Shown here piece after piece: positions 8,788 to 17,658 of a stretch of DNA of 64,000 nt (position 1 is the stretch's first letter; every line of letters begins with the position of its first letter). A program made the position numbers and the translations under genes. The DNA comes from an uncultured Chloroflexia bacterium. GTDB lineage: Bacteria; Chloroflexota; Limnocylindria; Limnocylindrales; CSP1-4. The notes beneath the pieces were generated by a model that made no database searches, was not told the origin of the DNA, and saw only the letters and a program-made list of their open reading frames with translations. Where the stretch lies: the NCBI GenBank assembly GCA_963843335.1, contig CAWJKF010000018.1, forward strand, positions 576,097 to 640,096, given 5' to 3'.

Positions 8788-9836
8788 GCGGTGGGCGCGC
8801 CCAGATACGCCTCGATCACGCGGGGGTTGGCGCGGATCTCCTCGGGCGTGCCCTCGGCGATCGGTTCGCCGTGGTCGAGCACGGTGATGCGGTCGCTGAC
8901 GCCCATCACGACCCGCATATCGTGCTCGATGAGCAGGATGGTGAGGCCGAGCTGGGCGCGAAGCTTCCCGATCAGGCGACGCATCTCTTCGGTCTCATTC
9001 GGGTTCATGCCGGCAGTGGGCTCATCGAGCAGGAGCAACACGGGGTCACTGCCGAGTGCGCGCGCGATCTCCAGCCGTCGCTGGTCGCCATAGGGCAGGT
9101 TCTTGGCGATCACGTCGTCCCGTCCCGCAAGGCCCACCAGGGCAAGCAACTCGCGGGCGCGCGTCCGTGCCGCTGCTTCCTCGCGCGCCCGGCGCGGCGT
9201 CGACAGCGCAGCGTCCACCAGGTTGCTCTTGAGCTTGATGTGCATTCCGATGAGCACGTTCTCAAGAACGGTCATGTTCTGGAACAGACGGATGTTCTGG
9301 AACGTCCGGCCGATGCCCGCCTCGACCATGTCATTCGGACGCGCGCTCTTGAAGACACCCAGACGCCGGAGCAGCCGGTCGTACCAGGGTGGCCGTACGA
9401 TGCCCATGAGCAGGCTCACGATCAGGACCGCGAGTGCCGCCGTCGAGACGAACAGTTGCATGTCGGCGTTCTGTGGGGCCAGGATCCCCTGCAACGGGAG
9501 CAGGACCAGGAGCGCGATGGCGGCTGGGACGAACCAGACGAACGGTTCGATCCACGCTCGCTCGGCCCGCGCGACCATCCGACGGCCCCGGAATGTGATC
9601 TCGCCATCGCTGGGATCGAGGATGCCTGCCACCACATTGAAGAAGGTGGTCTTGCCAGCGCCATTCGGCCCGATGAGGCTGACGATGGACCCTTGGGGGA
9701 TCGACCAGCTCCGCCTTGTTCACGGCTATCAGCCCGCCAAAACGCTTGGTGATGGCCCGCGCGTGCATCAGGATGGGTCTCGGGTCTGCATCCGTCGCCG
9801 GGTCGTCCAGGGTCAGGAGGTCGACCGATGGTTCGC

Positions 9837-9840
<4 letters not shown>
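8784..9840 (-). pseudogene. livG: Branched-chain amino-acid ABC transporter ATP-binding protein LivG, split by one frame break at about 9695-9699
   Basis: The N-terminus (frame of ORF 9331..9840) reads ARAITKRFGGLIAVNKAELV. The rest (frame of ORF 8784..9635, open further upstream) reads IPQGSIVSLIGPNGAGKTTFFNVVAGILDP...YGDQRRLEIARAL...LLLLDEPTAGMNP. Confidence 0.85.
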
Positions 9841-11011
<1,171 letters not shown>

Positions 11012-11015
<4 letters not shown>

Positions 11016-11947
11016 GCCCGTTCACCGACCTGCTGCCCCAGCAGGCCCGTCGGTCGGAACACCAGCACGATGATGAGGACCCCGAAGACCACAGCCTCGC
11101 TCCAGCGGGCATAGCCGAGCTGAGTCGTGATGACCTCGACGAACCCGATGAGGAAGCCCCCAAGCACAGCGCCCGTCAGGTTGCCGATGCCGCCAAGGAC
11201 TGCGGCAGTGAACGCCTTGAGGCCGGCGCCGAACCCGAGTGTGAACTCGATGGTACCGAAATACAGGCCGTACACGATGCCCGCAGCACCGGCGAGTGCC
11301 GAGCCCAGCAGGAACGTCAGGGCGATGGTGGTGTTGATGTTGACGCCCATGAGTTGCGCGGCCTGTCGATCCTGGGCCGTCGCGCGCATGGCGCGCCCAA
11401 GCCGGGATCGACTCACGAACTGGTGCAACGTCAGCGTGAGGACCGCAGTGACCACCACGATGAAGACGCTGAGGTACGAGATGCTCGCCCCCAGGATCGT
11501 GAACCGGGCGTCGACCGGGAAGATCTGCGGCACCGACTTGGGCGACGGCCCGAAGATCACCTGGATGACGTTCATCAGGATGAACGAGACGCCGATGGCC
11601 GTGATGAGCGGCGTCAATCGTGGCGCGTTCCGTAATGGGCGGTACGCGAATCGCTCGATGCCCACGCCCAGCAGGCCTATCACCGGCATCGTGATCATGA
11701 ACGTGATGCCCAGCACCGCGATGAGCAGCAGCGGATCCTGGATCGGACCCGTGAAGCCCAGACTGGTGATGATCACGAAGGACAGGAATGCCCCCATCGT
11801 GAAGATGTCGCCGTGGGCGAAGTTGATGAGCTCGATGATGCCGTACACCATCGTGTAGCCCAGCGCGATGAGCGCATAGATACCACCGATGGTGAGCGCG
11901 TTGAAGAATTGCGCGGTGAGGGTCGCGATGGTCTGCTGGTCGAGCAT
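11012..11947 (-). CDS. livH: Branched-chain amino-acid ABC transporter permease LivH
   Basis: ORF 11012..11947: LINFAHGDIFTMGAF and the LivH-type TM pattern. Confidence 0.9.
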
Positions 11948-11995
11948 CCGGACTCCCGTCAGTTCGGGCTCAGTCTCTGACCCGACTGCAAAGAC

Positions 11996-12022
11996 GAGGC
12001 CGGGGAGTGACTCCCCGGCCTC
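11996..12022 (-). terminator. Hairpin (11-bp GC stem) just downstream of livK, followed by GUCUUUG on the minus strand; intra-operon attenuator/terminator candidate
   Basis: gaggccgggga-gtgac-tccccggcctc, read directly from the sequence. Confidence 0.45.
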
Positions 12023-12040
12023 GATGTTCCCGCGGGAACG

Positions 12041-13348
12041 CTACGGTGCGGTCGACGCAGCGGCGCCGGACGCGGCTGGGGCCTCGGGTGTGAAGTTCTG
12101 CTGCTTCACAAAGACCCAGCCACCCTTGCCGCCCTCGGCCGTGACGTCGGTCTTGTAGAAGGACAGCCACGTACCCGAGTCACCATTCGGGTCCACGACG
12201 AGGGGTCCGAGGATGGTGTCGAACGGGTTGCCCGCGAACACCGCGGCGCGGGTCGCCTCGCGGATCGCTGCCGGATCGGCGGCGCCGCCTGCGATGGCCG
12301 CGTCGAGCGACTGGAGGATGATCTGCGTGCAGGCGTAGGCGAGCGCGCTGTACGCGCCGGGAGCCTGACCGAACGCCGCGTTGTAGTCCTCGACGAAGGT
12401 ACCTGGGTTCGGCAGGTCATGCACCCCCGCCACCGACCCATGGACGTTGTCGGAGTTCTCGAGGCCTGCGAGGGTGATGAAGGCGCCGTCCTTCCCGCCC
12501 GCGGTGAGGTCGGTCGTGCCATCGGGTCCGACGAACGGGATCGTCAGCATGTTCGCCGCACCCATGTCCTTGCGCAGCTGGCCACCACCGGTGACCTGCG
12601 TACCGCCGAAGAAGACGACATCGACGGCCGGCGTCAGTCCCTGCACCGAGGTGAGCAGCGATGTGAAGCTCTTGTTGGTATCCCAGTCGTTGCCGTCACG
12701 CTTGGCGACGGCCCCGCCGAGCTTGATGAAGTTGTCGCTGAAGCTGTTCGCGACACCCACGCCGAATGCCTCGGTGTCATCGACCACGTACGCGTTGCGT
12801 GCGCCCAGATCGTTGTAGGCGTACTGCGCCAGGCCCAACCCCTGGATGTTGTCCGGGGTCGCCGTCCGGAAGTAGTTGCGAACCGCGGACTTGGCCGGAT
12901 CGGTGGACCGGTAGGCGTCCGAGCCTTCCTGGGTCAGGTCAGTACCGGTGTTCGACGGGCTGCACTGTGCCAGTCCGGCCTCATTGGTGACCGGGATCTC
13001 CGCACGGGCAACGTTCGAGTTGAACGGTCCGACCAGAGCGATGACCGTCTCGTCTGCCACGAGCGCATTCACGTTCTGGGCGCCCTGGCCCGGATCGTGA
13101 ATGCCATTGACGGCGTCGTCCTTGGCATCGAGCTTGAGCGTGTAGCCACCGATGCCGCCGGCCTTGTTGGCCAGGTCGATCGCGAGCTGGACGCCGTTCA
13201 CGGTCGGCTGCCCATTGACCACCTCACCACCGGACAGCGGGAAATCCGCGCCGATCGTCAGCACCTTGTCCTGCGCGAACGCGGGGGCTGCGGCGGTGAC
13301 CGCAAGCAGACCAGCGGCGCCCATCACGCCGAGATTCCTCAACTTCAT
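12041..13348 (-). CDS. livK: Branched-chain amino-acid ABC transporter substrate-binding protein (LivK/LivJ family)
   Basis: Real start is ATG 13348, with AGGAGGAAAGAGGG upstream. Signal peptide MKLRNLGVMGAAGLLAVTAAAPAFA. Then LTIGADFPLSGG...GGYTLKLDAKDD, typical of Peripla_BP_6. Confidence 0.9.
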   Translation of the reverse strand: MKLRNLGVMGAAGLLAVTAAAPAFAQDKVLTIGADFPLSGGEVVNGQPTVNGVQLAIDLANKAGGIGGYTLKLDAKDDAVNGIHDPGQGAQNVNALVADETVIALVGPFNSNVARAEIPVTNEAGLAQCSPSNTGTDLTQEGSDAYRSTDPAKSAVRNYFRTATPDNIQGLGLAQYAYNDLGARNAYVVDDTEAFGVGVANSFSDNFIKLGGAVAKRDGNDWDTNKSFTSLLTSVQGLTPAVDVVFFGGTQVTGGGQLRKDMGAANMLTIPFVGPDGTTDLTAGGKDGAFITLAGLENSDNVHGSVAGVHDLPNPGTFVEDYNAAFGQAPGAYSALAYACTQIILQSLDAAIAGGAADPAAIREATRAAVFAGNPFDTILGPLVVDPNGDSGTWLSFYKTDVTAEGGKGGWVFVKQQNFTPEAPAASGAAASTAP

Positions 13349-13543
13349 GAGTCCCTCTTTCCTCCTGATGTCCCTGGTGGTCAGGTCAGCCACGAGCGAC
13401 GCTGGCCGCGATGTATCCAGGACCGGAGCAACCTTGGGAGCGGTGCAGATGGGCGCCGAAGCCATGACCCCGCAATGGGCCACGTCCTCGGGAACCCTCC
13501 TCCTGGTCCCGATGGATGCCGGAGCTGGACACGCACGACCTGG

Positions 13544-13578
13544 GCGTTCGCGTGGCTACCGACGCGTTCGCGTATGAT
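13544..13578. promoter_or_regulatory. Direct repeat GCGTTCGCGT x2 (20-nt spacing) abutting a TATGAT / ATCATA -10-like box in the livK/NYN divergent gap
   Basis: gcgttcgcgt at 13544-13553 and 13564-13573; tatgat at 13573-13578. Confidence 0.2.
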
Positions 13579-13909
13579 AGTCACCGACGTCTCGAATGCA
13601 AGACGTCCGAGTGCCCCGGGGCGTGTGCGGGCAGCGATTCCTCCCAGGTACCTGCGATCACCCGGTGCGGCGCGCTCGGAGCGTCGCCGAGGCCCATCAG
13701 GCGAGCGGGTCGCCAACCCTGGATCAGGCGGAGCCGCGGCTGCCCGGGACGTCACCAGGTGCGCTCCATCGGAGCGCCCACCGGAGCCACAGAGGCATGC
13801 CTGCGTTCGTGGAATACCACCCTCGAGGTCTTCGAGCCCGGCTTCGGACCGATCCGCGCGAGCTCCGCCAGCGGCGGAGGCTCGCCATCGCAGCGCACAG
13901 GAGTCCTGC

Positions 13910-15064
13910 GTGAGCAAGAACGTCGCCGTCTTCGTGGACGTGGCGAACATCTTCTATGCGGCCAAGGCCGCCGGCGTAGACATCGACTACGTCACCCTCC
14001 TCAAGGCATCGACCGTTGGACGCGATCTCGTCCGGGCGTATGCCTATACCGGGCTGGATCCCGAGAACGAGAACCAGCGCCAGTTCCACGCCTTCCTTGG
14101 CCGCAGCGGCTACAAGGTCGTGAGCAAGGACATCCGCAAGTACGGTGACGGGCGCATCAAGGCGAACCTGGACATCGAGCTCGTGGTGGACATGATGCGC
14201 ATGGCCCAGCACATCGACATCGCGGTCGTGGTCTCGGGTGATGGCGACTTCGCGCCAGCCATCCGCGCCGTGCAGCAGCTCGGTGTGCGCGTCGAGGTCG
14301 TGAGCTTCCGGGGCAACACCAGCAGTGACCTCATCGAGGTCGCCGATGTGTTCACGGACATCTCCCAGCTTGCGCGCGTCGAGAAGGGCGAGCGGAGCGG
14401 CCGCCGGGTGGCGTCCGAGGACGATCTCTCGATGACCGCCGTGCCCGAGAAGGAGACCGACAACGGCGTCCGTCGGCGGCGAGGTGAGGGGCGCCGCAGC
14501 GACCGACCCGACCGGGGTGACCGCCCCGACCGGGGCGACCGTTCCGACCGGCCGGCACGCGCTCCGCGCCCGACCCCGGTCGAGGCCAGCACGGTCCCGG
14601 GTGGTGGCGCCATCGTGGTGCTCCCCGGCGAGCGTCTCTCCCGGGTCGCCCCGGACACCGACATCGACGCCGATGTGGATATCGACGATGAGGAGTTCGC
14701 AGAGGTCGCCGAGATCGCACCGGATGTGGAAGGCGTCGTGCCCGCCGAGGGCGGCGAGACCGAAGCCGAAGGGAGGGCGAGGGCGAGGCGCGTCGTCGTC
14801 GTCGTCGTCGAGGGGGCCGTGGCCGTGGCCGTGGCCGTCGTGGCGAGGGCGAGGTCGCGGGCGGTGAGCCAGGCGAGCCCGGCGAGGTCCGGGAGCCGGC
14901 GCTGGCCGCGGAGGTCCGCGCGCCGCGAGCGCCTCGTGAGCCGGTCGAGGTCATCGATCCCGACCTCGAGGATGAGTTCCTCGATGAGGAGGTCGCGGCC
15001 CTGCCGCAGCACTCCACGTTCGGATCGGTCTGGGAAAGTCAGCTGGGGGTCGCACCGACGTTGA
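13910..15064 (+). CDS. NYN/LabA-like (PIN-type) ribonuclease-domain protein; this frame stops looking like protein after about 14772
   Basis: GTG 13910 with AGGAG 6 nt upstream. VAVFVDVANIFYAAKAAGVDIDY...IKANLDIELVVDMM...DIAVVVSGDGDFAPAIRAVQQLGVRVEVVSF is the NYN acidic-residue pattern. Confidence 0.8.
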   Translation: MSKNVAVFVDVANIFYAAKAAGVDIDYVTLLKASTVGRDLVRAYAYTGLDPENENQRQFHAFLGRSGYKVVSKDIRKYGDGRIKANLDIELVVDMMRMAQHIDIAVVVSGDGDFAPAIRAVQQLGVRVEVVSFRGNTSSDLIEVADVFTDISQLARVEKGERSGRRVASEDDLSMTAVPEKETDNGVRRRRGEGRRSDRPDRGDRPDRGDRSDRPARAPRPTPVEASTVPGGGAIVVLPGERLSRVAPDTDIDADVDIDDEEFAEVAEIAPDVEGVVPAEGGETEAEGRARARRVVVVVVEGAVAVAVAVVARARSRAVSQASPARSGSRRWPRRSARRERLVSRSRSSIPTSRMSSSMRRSRPCRSTPRSDRSGKVSWGSHRR

Positions 15065-16026
15065 CCATCAGCGCACCGCTCGATGACCAGGAGGGCTACG
15101 ACGACGAGCCCGAGGTCCCCGAGTACCTGCTCGCCGAGCGGCGCCAGCAGGGACGCGCTCGAGGTGGCCAGCGACCGGGTAACCGGGGTGGCGCACCGGG
15201 CAACCGGGGCGCGGCCGGTGGTGCCGGTTATCGCGCCGCCGTCGATCGGGAGCGATATGGCCGGACGGGCAGCCCGAGCACGGGCGGCTTCGGCGGCAGC
15301 TCGGGCGGGAACCGCTCCGATCGCCAGCCGGACCGCAACCGGGGTGGCCAGGCGGACCGCAACCGGGGTGGCCAGGCACAACCGCCTCGGCAGCCACGTC
15401 CGGTCAGCCAGGAGCCACGCGAGCGCTTCGAGCGATCCGAGCGTCCGGCAGCTTCGGCCGAGCCGTGGAGCGAGGTGCCCGCGGACGTCCAGGAGATGCT
15501 GCGTGCCGAGCTGGCCCGCAAGCAGCCTGCGTCGCGTCCCCAGTCCACCAGCCAGACCCCGGCAGGGGAGCCAGCCGCGAGCGCACCCACCACGGGTCGG
15601 TCGCGTCGGGCACCACGGCCTGCCGCAGCGGCCGAGGCGACCCCCGTCGCAGCGGACGCCGTGGTGAGCGAGGCACCTGCCAAGGCACCCGCGAGGTCGC
15701 GCACCAGGGCGGCCAGCGCCAAGCCTGCCGCAGCGGCCGAGGCGACCCCCGTCGCAGCGGACGCCGTGGTGAGCGAGGCACCTGCCAAGGCACCCGCGAG
15801 GTCGCGCACCAGGGCGGCCAGCGCCAAGCCTGCCGCAGCGGCCGAGGCGACCCCCGTCGCAGCGGACGCCGTGGTGAGCGAGGCACCTGCCAAGGCACCC
15901 GCGAGGTCGCGCACCAAGGCGGCCACCACGCCCGCGGCGGCCACGGCTGGCGACGAGGCATCAGCGCCCAAGACCACACGTCGGCGGACGACCAAGGCCG
16001 CCACGTCCGAGACGGGTGAGGGCTGA
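14692..16026 (+). CDS. Arg/Gly/Glu/Ala-rich disordered segment, most likely the continuation of the NYN protein in frame +2 (the ORF track starts it at TTG 15061)
   Basis: Frame +2 is open from 14692 with high GC3 and a natural-looking sequence (EVIDPDLEDEFLDEEVAALPQHSTFGSVWESQLG...). It contains no ATG or GTG before 15061. Confidence 0.6.
   Translation, partial: GVRRGRRDRTGCGRRRARRGRRDRSRREGEGEARRRRRRRGGRGRGRGRRGEGEVAGGEPGEPGEVREPALAAEVRAPRAPREPVEVIDPDLEDEFLDEEVAALPQHSTFGSVWESQLGVAPTLTISAPLDDQEGYDDEPEVPEYLLAERRQQGRARGGQRPGNRGGAPGNRGAAGGAGYRAAVDRERYGRTGSPSTGGFGGSSGGNRSDRQPDRNRGGQADRNRGGQAQPPRQPRPVSQEPRERFERSERPAASAEPWSEVPADVQEMLRAELARKQPASRPQSTSQTPAGEPAASAPTTGRSRRAPRPAAAAEATPVAADAVVSEAPAKAPARSRTRAASAKPAAAAEATPVAADAVVSEAPAKAPARSRTRAASAKPAAAAEATPVAADAVVSEAPAKAPARSRTKAATTPAAATAGDEASAPKTTRRRTTKAATSETGEG
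15619..15933 (+). repeat. Three tandem 105-bp (35-codon) repeats; copies 1 and 2 are identical, copy 3 diverges in its last ~15 nt
   Basis: The unit cctgccgcagcggccgaggcgaccccc... starts at 15619, 15724 and 15829. It encodes PAAAAEATPVAADAVVSEAPAKAPARSRTRAASAK. Confidence 0.9.
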
Positions 16027-17272
16027 CCACCACCCCGAACCGGCGACCAGTGGGCGGCTGCTGACCCGCGGTCACCCACTGGCGCTGGCGGCTGTCCGGC
16101 GCGCGATCACGCGTGGCCGTGCTCCTCACGCGATCTTGTTCATCGGCCCCAGGGCCGTGGGCAAGACCACCCTTGCGATGGACCTCGCTGCAGGGCTCCT
16201 GTGCCTGTCACCGGAGCCAGCGGCGAGGCCCTGTCGTTCGTGCGCCGCCTGTCGAAAGGTGGATCACGGCAACCACCCCGACCTCCACCGGCTCCAGCCG
16301 GAGGGTGCCGGGGAGCAGATCCGGATCGCCCAGGTCCAGGCGCTTGTCACGGACCTGTCGCTCCTGCCCATGGAGGGACGCGTCCGCGTCGCTGTCGTGG
16401 AGGCGGCCCATCGGTTGAACCCGGATGCCCAGAACGCGCTGCTCAAGACGCTCGAGGAGCCCGTGGGCGAAGCCTGCATCGTGCTCTGCGCGGACGACCC
16501 GGCGACCATCCTGCCCACGGTCGCCAGTCGCTCCGCCAGGTTTCGGCTGGGCCCCGTGCCGGCGCGCGACATCGCCGCGTTGCTGGTCGAGCGGGATCTC
16601 GCCGATGCGTCCCGGGCGGCTGGCCTGGCGACGGCATCGGGGGGGCTGCCGGGCGTGGCCATCGCCCTCTCGCGTTCTGCTGACGCGTCGCTCATCCGCG
16701 ACCGGCTGGCGCGCCAGATCGTCGACCTCCTGGCCGCGGATCGGCGCACGCGCCTCGATGCCGCCACCAGCCTGATGGCGGATGGCGCTGCGCTGGATGC
16801 GGCGCTCGAAGGCGGTCTCCCGGCCGAGGAACCGACCGACGACCTCGGCGCGTCGCCCGCTCCCGCCCGTCGTCGCTCGACGACGGCCGTGTCCACCGCC
16901 CGCTCGTCGACGCGTCGCCCGCAACCGGCCGAGCGTCGACGCGCCGCGCGCCAGGTCCTGGCCACCTGGCGCGATGTCGGCCGTGACCTGGCGGTCGTGG
17001 TCGGAGGTGCGCGGCCTCGCATCCACCAGGTGGACCTGATGGAAGAGCTCGATGGCGCCGCGCCGATGCTCGACCAGCGCCAGCTCATCGCGTTCCTTGA
17101 TCGTCTTGACGGGCTGGGTGCCGCGATCGATGCCTACGCCAGCCCGGAGCTGCTGCTCGACGACCTCCTGCTGCGCTGGCCCCGCATCACTGCCCTGGGA
17201 GGCGCGGCATCACCCGTCCCTGCCGTGATCTCGCGGCAGGACGCCCCAGCGGCGCGGGGTGCCGACCGGTGA
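16016..17272 (+). CDS. holB: DNA polymerase III subunit delta-prime
   Basis: AILFIGPRAVGKTTLA, zinc module CRSCAACRKVDHGNHPDL, NALLKTLEEP, and the SRS sensor motif TVASRSARF. Confidence 0.9.
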   Translation: MRADHHPEPATSGRLLTRGHPLALAAVRRAITRGRAPHAILFIGPRAVGKTTLAMDLAAGLLCLSPEPAARPCRSCAACRKVDHGNHPDLHRLQPEGAGEQIRIAQVQALVTDLSLLPMEGRVRVAVVEAAHRLNPDAQNALLKTLEEPVGEACIVLCADDPATILPTVASRSARFRLGPVPARDIAALLVERDLADASRAAGLATASGGLPGVAIALSRSADASLIRDRLARQIVDLLAADRRTRLDAATSLMADGAALDAALEGGLPAEEPTDDLGASPAPARRRSTTAVSTARSSTRRPQPAERRRAARQVLATWRDVGRDLAVVVGGARPRIHQVDLMEELDGAAPMLDQRQLIAFLDRLDGLGAAIDAYASPELLLDDLLLRWPRITALGGAASPVPAVISRQDAPAARGADR

Positions 17273-17592
17273 CCCTGGATGGGCCGCGTGGTCCCGCGCC
17301 CCGACAACGGCTGCATGCGGTCATCCGGGGCACCGTCCAGGGTGTTGGCTACCGCTGGTTCGTGCAGCGGGTGGCGGCGCGCCTGGAGCTCGAGGGCTGG
17401 GTGGCGAATCGCGCGGACCGATCGGTGGAGGTGGTCGCGGAAGGCCCGCGTGAGGCGCTCGATGCCCTGCTCCTGTCGATCGAGGACGGGCCGCCCTCGA
17501 GCAGCGTCCGGTCCGTGGATGTGGACCGGGGACCAGCCATCGGCGGTCTGGGCGCCTTCCGGATCAGGTCTGGCAGTCACCCCGGCGACTAG
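17269..17592 (+). CDS. acyP: Acylphosphatase
   Basis: IRGTVQGVGYRWFVQRVAARLELEGWVANRADRSVEVVAEG. GTGA overlap with holB. Confidence 0.9.
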   Translation: MTLDGPRGPAPRQRLHAVIRGTVQGVGYRWFVQRVAARLELEGWVANRADRSVEVVAEGPREALDALLLSIEDGPPSSSVRSVDVDRGPAIGGLGAFRIRSGSHPGD

Positions 17593-17658
17593 CACGGTCG
17601 CCTGCGCCGATCCGTCCCCGACACCGCCTGGTGACCGCTCGGGGACAGGGGCCGCACG

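Noticed and set aside
13349-13909. Known structured RNA (RNase P, tmRNA, SRP, T-box, TPP or guanidine riboswitch) in the large livK/NYN gap
   Set aside because: I could not find the diagnostic strings (GGAAAGUCC, GGUGGUACCGCG, CUGAGA...ACCUGAUCUGGAU, GGUCAGGUCCGGAAGGAAGCAGCC and similar). GGGTTCCCG resembles a ykkC fragment, but the rest of that motif is absent. The region is left as an open question, not a call.
15228-16129. Minus-strand and off-frame ORFs (15228..16079, 15404..16129, 15465..16019) with their own tandem repeats
   Set aside because: They are mirror images of the 105-bp coding repeats in the NYN-tail frame. Only the plus frame +2 has consistent GC3 and continuity with flanking protein-like sequence.
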